Notes: generated by a model from the sequence alone, not told the origin. A stretch of 60,072 bases of DNA from Thermohalobacteraceae bacterium (GCA_030625765.1 DAOUQG010000001.1:1-60072); one strand, 5' to 3'; positions 20,163 to 31,600 are shown, numbered from the stretch's first letter. A program made the numbers and translations.

Positions 20163-20810
20163 ATGGCTATAACAGCTTCAATGGTAAAAGAAATAAGACA
20201 ACGTACAGGGGCAGGAATGCTTGATTGTAAAAAAGCATTACAAGAAACAGCAGGGGATATAGAAAAAGCAATTGAATTTTTAAGAGAAAAAGGGTTATCA
20301 AAAGCTGCTAAAAAAGCTGGAAGAATCGCAGCAGAAGGAATAGTAGAATCTTACATACACGGTGGAAGAATTGGTGTATTGATAGAAGTAAATAGCGAAA
20401 CTGATTTTGTTTCAAAAAATGATGAATTTAAGCAATTTGTTAAAGATATGGCTATGCAAGTAGCTGCACAAAATCCTAAGTATGTTGCTAGAGAAGATGT
20501 TCCTCAAGAAGAAATAGAAAAAGAAAGAGAAATATTAAAGCATCAAGCTATAAATGAAGGAAAACCAGAACATATAGCAGAAAAAATGGTTACTGGAAGA
20601 ATTGAGAAATACTATAAAGAAGTTTGTTTATTAGAACAAGAATTTGTTAAGAACCCAGACGTTACTGTAAATGAGCTATTAACTGAAAAAATAGCTAGAA
20701 TTGGTGAGAATATTAAAATCAGAAGATTTACTAGATATGAAGTTGGAGAAGGACTTGAAAAGAGACAAGAAAATTTTGCAGATGAAGTAGCAAAGCAAAT
20801 TCAAGGCTAG
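20163..20810 (+). CDS. tsf: translation elongation factor Ts
   Basis: [26 protein letters not shown] is a UBA-like EF-Ts N-terminus. ATG 20163 is better spaced from AGGAGGA than ATG 20157. Confidence 0.96.
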   Translation: MAITASMVKEIRQRTGAGMLDCKKALQETAGDIEKAIEFLREKGLSKAAKKAGRIAAEGIVESYIHGGRIGVLIEVNSETDFVSKNDEFKQFVKDMAMQVAAQNPKYVAREDVPQEEIEKEREILKHQAINEGKPEHIAEKMVTGRIEKYYKEVCLLEQEFVKNPDVTVNELLTEKIARIGENIKIRRFTRYEVGEGLEKRQENFADEVAKQIQG

Positions 20811-20818
20811 TTTTTGTA

Positions 20819-20848
20819 ATGGAGAACACGTTTGTGTTCTCCATTTGA
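20819..20848 (+). terminator. stem-loop after tsf (weak U-tail)
   Basis: 11-bp stem atggagaacac / gtgttctccat with loop gttt, followed by ttgaat. Confidence 0.5.
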
Positions 20849-20931
20849 ATAACGAGATGATAAAAGTGGAAATAATATTTTTGAATAAAAAAGAGGGAAT
20901 ATTAGTATTATATAGAATATCTTAAATAGGA

Positions 20932-21657
20932 GTGTTCAAATTGGCTAATCCAAAATATAATAGAATTATTTTAAAGCTAAGTGGGGAAGCTTTATCAGGA
21001 ACTGTAGGCTTTGGAATAGATGAGTATACAATTTCAAATATTGCTGAAGAAATTAAGAAAATTAAGGAAATTGGTGTTCAAATTGCTATTGTAGTAGGCG
21101 GTGGAAACTTTTGGCGTGGAAGAAGCACTGAAGGTATGGACAGAACTACTTCAGATTACATGGGAATGTTAGGTACTGTAATAAATTCATTAGCTTTACA
21201 AGATGCACTTGAAAAAATTGGAGTTATTACACGAGTTCAGACTGCAATTGAAATGAGACAAATAGCGGAGCCTTACATAAGAAGAAGAGCAGTAAGGCAT
21301 TTAGAAAAAGGGAGAGTAGTAATTTTTGCTGCAGGATCAGGAAATCCTTATTTCTCAACTGATACAACTGCTGCCTTAAGAGCTGCTGAGATTGAAGCTG
21401 AAGTAATATTATTAGCAAAAAAAGGTGTTGATGGAATATATGATTCTGATCCACGTACTAATACTAGTGCTCAAAAATATGATACTTTGACATATATTGA
21501 TATTTTAAAACTTGGATTGGGAGTTATGGATTCTACAGCTACTTCATTATGTATGGATAATAATATACCTTTAATTGTTTTTGGAATAGATAAATCAGAT
21601 AATATTCTAGAGATTATTAATGGTAAAAAAATAGGAACTTTTGTTAAGGAGGGATAG
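20932..21657 (+). CDS. pyrH: UMP kinase
   Basis: [23 protein letters not shown] and the rest of the PyrH family sequence. An alternative TTG start at 20941 would give MANPKY. Confidence 0.95.
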   Translation: MFKLANPKYNRIILKLSGEALSGTVGFGIDEYTISNIAEEIKKIKEIGVQIAIVVGGGNFWRGRSTEGMDRTTSDYMGMLGTVINSLALQDALEKIGVITRVQTAIEMRQIAEPYIRRRAVRHLEKGRVVIFAAGSGNPYFSTDTTAALRAAEIEAEVILLAKKGVDGIYDSDPRTNTSAQKYDTLTYIDILKLGLGVMDSTATSLCMDNNIPLIVFGIDKSDNILEIINGKKIGTFVKEG

Positions 21658-21658
21658 T

Positions 21659-22216
21659 ATGTATTTAGAAGTTCATAAGAAAGTTGAAGAAAAAATGCAA
21701 AAAACTATTAGCGTTTTCAAGGATGAACTCAAAGCAATTAGAGCGGGTAGAGCTAATCCTGCTTTGTTAGACAGAGTAGTAGTGGAGTATTATGGAACTC
21801 CTACACCACTCAAGCAAATTGCAAATGTTTCTGCTCCAGAGCCTAGATCTTTGCTTATTCAACCATGGGATTCAAATGCAATATCAGACATAGAAAAAGC
21901 AATACTTAAATCTGATTTAGGTCTAAATCCATCAAATGATGGCAAGGTTATTAGGTTATCTATTCCACAGCTTACAGAGGAAAGACGAAAAGATATTATT
22001 AAATTGCTAAAGAAAGTTACTGAAAATGCAAAAATAGCAATAAGAAATGAAAGAAGAGAAGCGAACGATATATTAAAGAAAATGGAAAAAACAAGTGAGA
22101 TAACTGAAGATGATCTAAAACAATCAGAAGGCGAAGTACAAAAGTTAACTGATAAATATGTAGAAGAAATTGATAAATTAAGAGAAAAAAAAGAAGAAGA
22201 AATAATGGAGGTATAA
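21659..22216 (+). CDS. frr: ribosome recycling factor
   Basis: 185 aa from the ATG at 21659, after AAGGAGGGA. Full-length Frr ending in the typical ...EEEIMEV. Confidence 0.95.
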   Translation: MYLEVHKKVEEKMQKTISVFKDELKAIRAGRANPALLDRVVVEYYGTPTPLKQIANVSAPEPRSLLIQPWDSNAISDIEKAILKSDLGLNPSNDGKVIRLSIPQLTEERRKDIIKLLKKVTENAKIAIRNERREANDILKKMEKTSEITEDDLKQSEGEVQKLTDKYVEEIDKLREKKEEEIMEV

Positions 22217-22428
22217 TTATTGCTACAGAGTTACTTAATAAATTAGACGTAATAGGTTTAAAAATTGATGATGGATTAGAACAAATAAGGGCATTTGGAG
22301 ATTTTGAAATTAATATTACAGAAACTAAAGGAACAAGAAAAAGTGAAGCTAATGATTTAGAAGAAGCCCGAATTATTAAAATTTCAATGATTAATGATGT
22401 AATTGAGGTTATAATTGGATTTTTTTAA
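22216..22428 (+). CDS. candidate small ORF (about 70 aa) lacking ATG/GTG/TTG start; possible ATT start
   Basis: The frame is stop-free from 22177 to the TAA at 22426-22428. GGAGG lies at 22207-22211, with in-frame ATT codons at 22216 and 22219. A strong terminator follows immediately. I recognise no homolog. Confidence 0.3.
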   Translation: MIATELLNKLDVIGLKIDDGLEQIRAFGDFEINITETKGTRKSEANDLEEARIIKISMINDVIEVIIGFF

Positions 22429-22429
22429 C

Positions 22430-22457
22430 CCCCTTCTACTAATAAGAAGGGGTTTTT
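22430..22457 (+). terminator. intrinsic terminator (frr transcription unit)
   Basis: Stem ccccttct (22430-22437) / agaagggg (22445-22452) with a 7-nt loop, then ttttt. Confidence 0.85.
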
Positions 22458-22482
22458 AGTGATTTTTAGTGGAGGTTGATTT

Positions 22483-23226
22483 ATGACTGAAGATTTGATA
22501 AAACAGATGGAGCTTGATAAACTACCCAAACATATTGCAATAATCATGGATGGAAACGGTAGATGGGCTAGAAAAAGGTTCTTACCTAGAACGGCTGGAC
22601 ATAAGGCGGGTGTTGATAAAGTAAAGGAAATTGTACAAACGGTAGGAGATTTAGGTATAAAATATCTTACTTTGTATGCTTTTTCTACTGAAAATTGGAA
22701 CAGGCCCAAGGAAGAAATTGAATCACTTATGAAATTGTTATTGTATTACATAAGAAGTGAACTGAAGACTTTACACAAAAACGAAGTAAGGATACAGGTT
22801 ATAGGTGATATTTCTCAAATCCAGACATTGCCTAGGAAAGAAATTTTAAGAGCAGTTGAAATGACAAAAAACAACAATAAACTAATTCTTAATATTGCAC
22901 TTAATTATGGTGGCAGATCTGAATTAGTTAGAGCTGCAAAGTTATTTGCTAAGGATGTAAAGGATGGTAGATTAGATATTAACAGCATAGATGAAGAATC
23001 CTTTAAGCAATATCTTTATACTGGTAGTCAGCCAGACCCTGATTTGTTAATTAGACCAAGTGGAGAATTAAGAATAAGTAATTTTCTTTTATATCAAATT
23101 GCATATTCAGAATTTTGGTTTTCGAATATTTATTGGCCGGACTTTTCTAAAAAACACCTCTATCAAGCAATAATAGATTTTCAGCAAAGAGATCGAAGGT
23201 ATGGAGGAATAAAGGATGATGAATAA
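22483..23226 (+). CDS. uppS: undecaprenyl diphosphate synthase
   Basis: PKHIAIIMDGNGRWA and the FSTENWNRP motifs of cis-prenyltransferases. Confidence 0.95.
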   Translation: MTEDLIKQMELDKLPKHIAIIMDGNGRWARKRFLPRTAGHKAGVDKVKEIVQTVGDLGIKYLTLYAFSTENWNRPKEEIESLMKLLLYYIRSELKTLHKNEVRIQVIGDISQIQTLPRKEILRAVEMTKNNNKLILNIALNYGGRSELVRAAKLFAKDVKDGRLDINSIDEESFKQYLYTGSQPDPDLLIRPSGELRISNFLLYQIAYSEFWFSNIYWPDFSKKHLYQAIIDFQQRDRRYGGIKDDE

Positions 23227-24000
23227 ATGAAAAAAAGAATACTTAGTGGTTTAATTGGAGGAGCATTATTAATTGCTATTTTAAAAATTGGAGGCATTTT
23301 ATTACACTTTTCTGTTTTAATAGTTTCTAGTATAGCAATATATGAGTTTAATAATGCACTGAAAAAGATTAACAACCTAAAACCTATTTCAATAGTCAAC
23401 TATCTTTTAGCCTTTAGCTTTTTTATTATGAATATAATTAATAATAATAGTTTTATTCAGATTATTTTCTTTTTATATACTATAACACTGTTAAGCATGC
23501 TAGTATTAAATAGCAAAAAAACTTTTTTTGATGTTTCAGCAACTATGCTAGAAGGAGCATATGTAGCTTTTCTTTTTTATCATATTTCATTACTTAATGG
23601 CAGTATTTACCTGTGGTTTGTTTTTATTATTGCTATAGCAACAGATTCTTTCGCATATTTTATTGGAACAAAATTTGGCAAGAGAAAGCTTTGTCCAGTA
23701 CTAAGTCCAAAAAAATCTGTAGAAGGCTCAATTGCTGGAATTCTTGGTAGTTTGATTGTTACTTTGATAGTAGCATATGTTTTTAGTGTAGGTAATGTAT
23801 TTAAATTAGGAATATTGAGTATAATATGCTCAATAATGGCTCAAATTGGAGACTTGACTGCTTCAAAAATTAAGAGAGCTGCAGGAATAAAGGATTATGG
23901 AAATATAATGCCTGGTCATGGCGGAGTATTAGATAGATTTGATAGCATACTTTTTACTGCTCCAATAGTATACTATTATATGATCTTTTTCTTGAAATAA
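23227..24000 (+). CDS. cdsA: phosphatidate cytidylyltransferase
   Basis: Polytopic membrane protein with the CdsA signature SKIKRAAGIKDYGNIMPGHGGVLDRFDS. Confidence 0.9.
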   Translation: MKKRILSGLIGGALLIAILKIGGILLHFSVLIVSSIAIYEFNNALKKINNLKPISIVNYLLAFSFFIMNIINNNSFIQIIFFLYTITLLSMLVLNSKKTFFDVSATMLEGAYVAFLFYHISLLNGSIYLWFVFIIAIATDSFAYFIGTKFGKRKLCPVLSPKKSVEGSIAGILGSLIVTLIVAYVFSVGNVFKLGILSIICSIMAQIGDLTASKIKRAAGIKDYGNIMPGHGGVLDRFDSILFTAPIVYYYMIFFLK

Positions 24001-24061
24001 ACTTGATTTACAAATACTATAATTATTATATGCTTTTTAAACTGAATCGGAGAGTGATAGC

Positions 24062-25210
24062 TTGAAAAAAGTAAGTATATTGGGTTCAACAGGTTCAATA
24101 GGTACACAGACGCTTGATGTTATTAGATTTTCCAATAACTATGAGGTAGTTGCATTATCAGCAAATTCTAATATAGATTTGCTAGAAAAACAGGCTTTAG
24201 AATTTAAGCCTAAAGTTGTAGCAGTAGGTGATACTAAGCGAGCTACAATACTTAAACGTAGATTACAAGGCGAGAATATTGAAGTACTAGCTGGTACTGA
24301 GGGATTGAAAACTGTAGCTTCAATAGACTCTGCAGATATAGTTTTAAATTCAGTTGTCGGTATGGTCGGATTAATCCCTACACTTGAAGCCATAAGGTCT
24401 AATAAAACCATAGCATTAGCTAATAAGGAAACCCTAGTTACAGCTGGCGAAATTGTTACAAGGCTGGCGAATGAGAATGAGGTTTCAATTATTCCTGTAG
24501 ATAGTGAGCATTCTGCGATATTTCAATGCTTGAAAAGTGGTAAAGATAATGAAGTCTCGCGAATCATTCTTACAGCATCAGGTGGACCATTCAGAGGTAA
24601 AACCGCTGATTATTTAAAGAATGTTACTCTTGAAGAGGCTTTAGCTCATCCTAATTGGTCTATGGGAAAGAAAATTTCTGTGGACTCTGCAACACTAATG
24701 AATAAAGGATTAGAGGTCATAGAAGCAAAATGGTTATTTGAAATTGATATTGAAAAAATAGATGTGATAGTTCATCCTCAAAGTATAGTACATTCTATGG
24801 TAGAATATATTGATGGAAGTATAATAAGTCAAATGGGAGTACATGACATGAGGATACCTATACAATATGCTTTAAGTTATCCTAATAGAGAAGTGACTAA
24901 CATTGAGAAATTAGATTTGGTAAAGGTAGGTAATTTAACTTTTGAACAACCAGATATTATTACTTTTCCTTCATTAAAATTATCTATAGATGCAATAAAA
25001 GAAGGTGGAACTATGCCTACTGTACTAAATGGAGCAAATGAAGAAGCAGTTAAATTATTTCTTGATAAAAGAATTAAATTTGTAGAAATACCTAAAATAA
25101 TAGATAAAGTTATGAATTGTCACAAAACTATTTATAACCCTACATTAGAAGACGTGTTAGAAAGTGATAAATGGGCACGTATAAGGGTACAAGAAGTAAT
25201 AAAAGGATAG
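24062..25210 (+). CDS. dxr: 1-deoxy-D-xylulose 5-phosphate reductoisomerase
   Basis: ILGSTGSIGTQTLDV NADPH motif, LANKE and PVDSEHSA. TTG start follows GGAGAGTGA. Confidence 0.96.
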   Translation: MKKVSILGSTGSIGTQTLDVIRFSNNYEVVALSANSNIDLLEKQALEFKPKVVAVGDTKRATILKRRLQGENIEVLAGTEGLKTVASIDSADIVLNSVVGMVGLIPTLEAIRSNKTIALANKETLVTAGEIVTRLANENEVSIIPVDSEHSAIFQCLKSGKDNEVSRIILTASGGPFRGKTADYLKNVTLEEALAHPNWSMGKKISVDSATLMNKGLEVIEAKWLFEIDIEKIDVIVHPQSIVHSMVEYIDGSIISQMGVHDMRIPIQYALSYPNREVTNIEKLDLVKVGNLTFEQPDIITFPSLKLSIDAIKEGGTMPTVLNGANEEAVKLFLDKRIKFVEIPKIIDKVMNCHKTIYNPTLEDVLESDKWARIRVQEVIKG

Positions 25211-26242
25211 GTGGTGTTTTATTTGGTAACAGCTTTAGCAGTTATTTTTGTATTTTTTATTATTGTATTAGTACATGAACTTGGCCATTTTACAGTTGCA
25301 AAACTAATTGGTGTTAAGGTACATGAATTTGCTATTGGCATGGGTCCCAAAATATTTAAATTTGGAAAAGGAGAGACACAATATACATTAAGAGCGCTTC
25401 CACTTGGTGGATTTGTAAAAATGGAAGGTGAAGATGAGAACTCAGATGATGAAAGAAGCTTGAATAAAAAACCAGTTTTATCAAGGATTGCAGTATTTGC
25501 CGCTGGCGCTACTATGAATTTCATTTTAGCGATAGTTATTTTTAGTATTATTTCTTTCTATTCTGGAGCAGCAACAACAATTATAGACCAATTAAATCAA
25601 GATCTTCCTGCTTATCAAGCTGGGTTAAAATCAGGTGATAAGATTATTAAAATAAACGAAGAAAACATTGATTCTTGGGATGAAATAGTAAATGAGATTG
25701 ATAAATCAGATGGGAATATGTTAACTATTACAGTACTGAGAGACGGTCAAACTAAAGTTTTTTCTATAGTTCCACAGATTAGAGAAATAGAAAATGGAGT
25801 AAAAGATTTTATAGTAGGAATTACTCCTAAGATAAGTAGAAATCTTGGAGATATGATAATAAGTGGATTTAAAAAAACATTTTTCTTTATAGGATTAATG
25901 TTTGAGTTTATAGGTAGTGCATTAAGAGGAAAAGTTGGCGTAGATCAAGTTGCAGGACCTGTTGGAGTGATTTCATTAGTAGGAAAGGCGGCTCAATTTG
26001 GATTTTTAAATGTATTATATATTGCAGGATTTCTAAGTGTAAATTTAGGTTTCCTAAATTTACTACCTATACCTGCACTAGATGGAAGTAGAATTATGTT
26101 TGGAATAATAGAATTATTTAGAGGAAAACCTATTGATCCTGAAAAAGAAGGTCTTATTCATTTTATAGGGTTTGTATGTATGTTAATATTAGTAATATTT
26201 ATATCATATGTTGATATTACTAGAATTGGAAACTATAGGTAG
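25211..26242 (+). CDS. rseP: RIP site-2 metalloprotease RseP/RasP
   Basis: HELGH zinc motif in the first TM helix, a central PDZ domain and a C-terminal LPIPALDG motif. Confidence 0.9.
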   Translation: MVFYLVTALAVIFVFFIIVLVHELGHFTVAKLIGVKVHEFAIGMGPKIFKFGKGETQYTLRALPLGGFVKMEGEDENSDDERSLNKKPVLSRIAVFAAGATMNFILAIVIFSIISFYSGAATTIIDQLNQDLPAYQAGLKSGDKIIKINEENIDSWDEIVNEIDKSDGNMLTITVLRDGQTKVFSIVPQIREIENGVKDFIVGITPKISRNLGDMIISGFKKTFFFIGLMFEFIGSALRGKVGVDQVAGPVGVISLVGKAAQFGFLNVLYIAGFLSVNLGFLNLLPIPALDGSRIMFGIIELFRGKPIDPEKEGLIHFIGFVCMLILVIFISYVDITRIGNYR

Positions 26243-27304
26243 GTGAAAATAATGTCAAAGAAGACAAGAAAGATTTTCTATGGAGATGTACCTGTAGGAG
26301 GAGATTCTCCTATTACAGTACAGTCTATGACAAACACTGATACTAGAAATGTAGATAAAACAGTAAAGCAAATACTATCACTGGAAGAGGCAGGCTGTGA
26401 CATAATAAGAGTAGCTGTACCAGATTTTGAAGCTGCAAAAGCTTTAAAAGAAATTAAAAGTAGTATTAGCATTCCATTAATTGCTGATATACATTTTGAT
26501 TATAAATTGGCTTTAGAATCAGTTAAAAATGGAGTTGATGGTTTAAGAATTAACCCTGGCAATATCGGTTCTAGGGATAGAGTAAGAGAAGTAGTAAATG
26601 CATGTAAGGAAAATAATGTTCCTATTAGAATTGGTGTAAATTCTGGTTCAATAAATAAAACACAGCTTGATAAATTTGGAGGAGTAACTGTTGATTCTAT
26701 GGTAGAGAGTGCACTTGAGCACATCAGAATATTAGAAGATATGAATTATCAAGATATGATAATTTCTCTAAAGGCATCTGATATAAGGTTGACTGTTGAT
26801 TCTTATAAAAAAATCTCAAGTTTAGTAGATTACCCTTTACATATAGGAATAACTGAAGCTGGAACTGAATGGAGTGGAACGATTAAATCATCGATTGGTA
26901 TTGGATCACTATTACTAATGGGAATTGGCGATACTATTAGAGTATCTTTAACAGGAAACCCATTAGAGGAAGTAAGAGTAGGAAAACAGATATTAAGAAG
27001 CTTAGGATTATTGAAGGACAAAATTGAGATTATTTCTTGTCCAACTTGTGGTAGAACTCAGATAGATCTAATAAAACTAACTAAAGAGGTTGAACAGAGG
27101 TTAGAAAAAATATATAAACCTATTAAAGTTGCAATAATGGGATGTGCAGTAAACGGACCAGGTGAAGCTCGAGAAGCTGATTTAGGTATTGCAGGTGGAA
27201 AAGGTAGTGGTTTAATATTTAGAAAGGGAAAAATTCTCAGAAAGGTAAAGGAAGACAAATTAGTAGATGAACTTATAGAAGAGATAGAAAAATATGAAAT
27301 TTAA
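26243..27304 (+). CDS. ispG: 4-hydroxy-3-methylbut-2-enyl diphosphate synthase
   Basis: GcpE family sequence (PITVQSMTNT, IRINPGNIG) with the C-terminal cluster cysteines CPTCGRT...GCAVNGPGE. Confidence 0.95.
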   Translation: MKIMSKKTRKIFYGDVPVGGDSPITVQSMTNTDTRNVDKTVKQILSLEEAGCDIIRVAVPDFEAAKALKEIKSSISIPLIADIHFDYKLALESVKNGVDGLRINPGNIGSRDRVREVVNACKENNVPIRIGVNSGSINKTQLDKFGGVTVDSMVESALEHIRILEDMNYQDMIISLKASDIRLTVDSYKKISSLVDYPLHIGITEAGTEWSGTIKSSIGIGSLLLMGIGDTIRVSLTGNPLEEVRVGKQILRSLGLLKDKIEIISCPTCGRTQIDLIKLTKEVEQRLEKIYKPIKVAIMGCAVNGPGEAREADLGIAGGKGSGLIFRKGKILRKVKEDKLVDELIEEIEKYEI

Positions 27305-27306
27305 AG

Positions 27307-27975
27307 GTGGAAGAAATAATGTGCTCAATTGCTGCAATTATTCCAGCATATAATGAAGAAAAAACTATAGGAAGTGTTATTTCGGCTGTTAAGGAAGTAG
27401 ATTTAATTGACTACATTATAGTAATAAGTGATGGATCAAATGATAATACAGCTTTAATTGCAGGATTATATGAAGGTGTAGAGGTTATAGAGCTTTCAGA
27501 TAACATAGGCAAATCAAAAGCTTTGCTAAAGGCTGTCGAAATGACTAAGTCTGATATTCTTTTATTTCTAGACGCGGATCTTATAGGTATTACTTCAAAG
27601 CATATTACTGATTTGCTATTACCTATTATTTGTGATGATTCAGATATGACCATAGGAGTTTTTAATAACGGGAGAGTAATAACTGATATTGCACAAATGG
27701 TAACACCATATCTTTCAGGACAAAGAGCACTTAAAAGAAAAATAATTGAAGACATTGCACATATAGATATAACTAGATTTGGCATAGAGATGGCAATAAC
27801 ACAATATGTTTCAAAAAGTAATATAGATGTTTTGGAAGTCATATTAGATAATGTAACACATGTGATGAAGGAAGAAAAAATGGGAATTGTGAAAGGTTTT
27901 AGAGAAAGAATAAAAATGTATTGGGATATTATAAAATTTGTTTCAAGAAAGAACTTAATAAATATTGATAAATAG
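27307..27975 (+). CDS. family 2 glycosyltransferase (soluble, 222 aa)
   Basis: GT-A motifs IIPAYNEEKTIG, SDGSNDNT and FLDADL. Confidence 0.75.
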   Translation: MEEIMCSIAAIIPAYNEEKTIGSVISAVKEVDLIDYIIVISDGSNDNTALIAGLYEGVEVIELSDNIGKSKALLKAVEMTKSDILLFLDADLIGITSKHITDLLLPIICDDSDMTIGVFNNGRVITDIAQMVTPYLSGQRALKRKIIEDIAHIDITRFGIEMAITQYVSKSNIDVLEVILDNVTHVMKEEKMGIVKGFRERIKMYWDIIKFVSRKNLINIDK

Positions 27976-27984
27976 GGGTTTGTT

Positions 27985-28650
27985 ATGGTAACTACTAGTC
28001 AGATTTTAATACGGTTATTAGTTTCAATTGGACTTTCGAGTTTAATTGGCTTTGAAAGAGAAACTATAAAAAGACCAGCAGGTTTTAGAACACATATCTT
28101 AGTATGTGTTGGATCTACTTTGGTAATGCTAGTATCTCTATATATTTTTGATTTATTTAAACATCAAGCTAATATTCAACCTGACAGATTAGGAGCTCAA
28201 GTTATAAGTGGAATTGGTTTTTTGGGAGCTGGAACAATAATTAGAGAAGGAAGCTCAGTAAAAGGATTAACGACTGCAGCAGGTTTGTGGGCAACAGCTT
28301 GTATTGGATTAGCTGTAGGTGTAGGTTTTTATTTAGGTGCTATTTTAACAACAGCACTTGTTTTTGTTACATTGTATTTATTTTCAAAAGTAGAAAAGCA
28401 TATTAAGTCTAGAAGAAATTATGTCAATATCAAAATATATTCAATAAATAAGCCTGGGCAATTAGGAGAGATTGGTAAAGCTTTAGGTTGTTTAGGTGTA
28501 GATATTACTAACATTAATCTAGAGCATGAAGAAGATAATACTATAATAATACGAATGTTAGTTAAGGTTCCAGATTCAATAATGGAATTTGATATTATTC
28601 GTGAGTTGAAAAAAATTGAGGGAGTCTTTGAAGTATCACAAAAAAATTAG
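27985..28650 (+). CDS. MgtC/SapB family membrane protein with C-terminal ACT-like domain
   Basis: GFERE...AGFRTHILVCVGS and GIGFLGAGTI motifs typical of MgtC. Confidence 0.85.
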   Translation: MVTTSQILIRLLVSIGLSSLIGFERETIKRPAGFRTHILVCVGSTLVMLVSLYIFDLFKHQANIQPDRLGAQVISGIGFLGAGTIIREGSSVKGLTTAAGLWATACIGLAVGVGFYLGAILTTALVFVTLYLFSKVEKHIKSRRNYVNIKIYSINKPGQLGEIGKALGCLGVDITNINLEHEEDNTIIIRMLVKVPDSIMEFDIIRELKKIEGVFEVSQKN

Positions 28651-28669
28651 GGGGAGGAACTATGACTAA

Positions 28670-31600
28670 ATGCATCTACAAAAGACTAAGATTTTTGGTG
28701 ATTTAATAAAAAAAACTAAAATAAATATAACTAATAAACATATTTATAATGCTTTAGTGAAAAAAGTGTATGTTAATGTTCAAGAAAGAAATGTAAATAT
28801 TATTTTAGCTTCAAATGAAATAATATTGTATGAAGAACTAGACACTATTAAAGAAGCATTAAATGTTTTTTTTGAGGATTTTAAGAATGTAGATATAAAA
28901 GTTATTTACAGAGATTATGAGTATAATCTGGAAGATTTGATTAAGAGTTATTGGAATAATATAGAATATTTATTTAAGAAAGAAATCCCTTCAAGCTCAG
29001 CATGGTTAAAATCTGTAGATTGGCTAGTTGTAGACAGAAGGTTTAATATAATAATTAATAATGACATTGCTAAACATGCGTTAATAAATAAAGAAATTGA
29101 TAGGCATATTAAAAAAATATTTAGAGAAGAATTTAATTTAGATATATCAGTATCAATTAAGAGTAATTCACAAAATGAAAACATACAGCTGTATGATGAA
29201 TATGAAAAACTAAAAGAGAAAGAAGAATTAGCTTTCATAAGTAAAATTTCAAATAATAATGTTGATAAAGATAATAAAAAGAAAGGCAAAAGTATTAACA
29301 AAGCTAAAAAAAGTAATAATGCTACTTCTAATATGATATATGGTAAAAAGATTTCATATGAAATCACTAAAATATCAGAAATAAATACAAATACAGGAAC
29401 AGTAGCAATAGAAGGAGAAATTTTCAATCTAGAAGTAAAGGAAATAAAAGGAAATAAGAAGCTTTATATTTTTAACATTACTGATTTTTCTAACTCTATA
29501 ACTGTTAAAGTATTTGAACATCAAAAAACAGAAGATAAATTGGATGGTAAGTTAAATGAAGGATTATTTACTAGAATCCAAGGAGATGTTGTATATGATA
29601 GCTTTTTAAAGGAGCTTATAATTATGGCTAAAGCTATTATGATATTGGATAAACCTGCATCTAGACAAGACAACTGTGAGGAAAAGAGAGTAGAGCTTCA
29701 TTTACACACTACTATGAGTGATATGGATGGAATGTCAAGCTTTGGAGACATAGCTAAAAGAGCTTCTGAATGGGGTCATAGAGCTATAGCTATCACTGAT
29801 CATGGGGTTGTTCAAGCATTTCCTGAAGGTATGAATGCAGCTAAAAAGTATGGTATCAAGATTTTGTATGGTTTAGAAGGATATGTAGTAAATGATACTA
29901 TACCGATAGTAACAAACTTAAAAGATAGAGATATAGATTGTGATTATGTTGTTTTTGATATAGAGACTACTGGACTTTCTTCCCGTAAAGATAAGATTAC
30001 TGAAATTGGTGCTGTCAAGATAAGTCAAGGGAAAATAGTAGATAGATTTAGTCAGTTAGTTAATCCAGAAATCAAAATACCTGAAAAAATAGTTAATTTA
30101 ACTGGTATTACTGATGAAATGGTCAAGGATAAACCTGTTATTGAGGACGTACTACCAAATTTTTTGGAATTTATTGAAGATAGTGTACTAGTTGCACATA
30201 ACGCATCATTTGATATGGGCTTTATGATTGAGAGTTTTTCTAAGCTAGAAATCACCTTAGAAAATCCTGTACTAGATACACTTCAGCTTTCAAGAGAGCT
30301 TTTTAAGGAGCTAAAAAGTCATAAGCTTAATATTGTTGCTAAGCATTTAAATATATCACTAAAAAACCATCATAGGGCAGTTGATGACTCAGAAGCAACA
30401 GCTCATATACTTTTAAAAAGTATTCTTTTGCTTAAGGAAAAGAGTGTTAGTAAACTATCAGACGTAAATACAATATTTAGTGACAGTGTTAATTATAAAA
30501 CTGGTAAAACATATCATATAATTATATTTGCAAAGAATTATATTGGGCTTAAGAATTTATATAAAATAGTTTCTGAATCACATATTAATTATTTCTATAG
30601 AAGACCTAGGATTCCTAAATCCCTGTTGTGCAAATATCGAGAGGGCTTAATACTTGGCACTGCTTGTGAAGCTGGTGAGCTATATAAATCTATACTAGAA
30701 AAAAAACCTGATAATCATGTGAAAGGTATAGTTAATTTTTATGATTTTCTTGAAATTCAACCAATTGGCAACAATCAGTTCTTAATTGAAAATGGACTTG
30801 TGAAGGATGAAGAAGAACTGCAAAATATAAATAAGAAAATTGTAAAACTAGGAGAGAAATATAATAAGCCTGTAGTAGCTACATGCGATGTTCATTTCTT
30901 AAATCCAAAGGATGAGATTTATCGTAGAATCTTAATGACTGGAAAAGGCTTTTCTGATGCTGATAACCAACCTCCATTGTACTTTAGAACAACAGATGAA
31001 ATGCTTGATGAATTTAGCTATCTTGGAGAAGAAAAAGCAAGAGAAGTAGTAATAGAGAACACAAATAAAATTGCTGATAATATAGATGAGATGTTACCTA
31101 TTCCTGATGGAACTTACCCTCCTGAAATTGAAGGATCTGAAGAAGAGCTTAAGGAAATTACTTATAAAAAAGCAATAAGCATTTATGGGAATCCCTTACC
31201 TGAATTAGTTAAGAATAGACTAGATAGAGAGCTCAATTCGATTATTGGGAATGGATATGCTGTTATGTATATTATTGCTCAAAAATTAGTTAAAAAGTCT
31301 TTAGAGGATGGGTACCTTGTTGGGTCAAGAGGTTCAGTAGGTTCTTCGTTTGTTGCTACAATGAGTGATATAACTGAGGTTAATCCACTCGCACCTCACT
31401 ATGTATGTCCAGAGTGTAAGAATAGTGAATTTATAACAGATGGTTCTGTTAGCTCTGGAGTAGATATGCAGGATAAGAAATGTCCAAAATGTGGGACAGA
31501 TTATATTAAGGATGGACATGATATTCCTTTTGAAACATTTCTTGGTTTTGAAGGTGATAAGGAGCCTGATATCGACTTAAACTTTGCAGGAGAATATCAA

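Noticed and set aside
22185-22192. A8 run (A AAA AAA in the frr frame) as a -1 frameshift or transcriptional-slippage site fusing Frr to the downstream open frame
   Set aside because: The -1 frame is indeed open from 22177 through 22428. However, Frr already ends with its family-typical C-terminus (...EEEIMEV), and I saw no stimulatory structure immediately downstream of the run. I cannot exclude it without proteomic data, but independent initiation or a gene remnant is the simpler reading.
28662-28706. 14-codon ORF starting at ATG 28662, closer to the GGGGAGGA SD than the polC ATG at 28670
   Set aside because: It is out of frame with polC and terminates after 14 codons. It may compete for initiation, but nothing suggests it is functional, and the polC frame from 28670 is continuous and homologous throughout.
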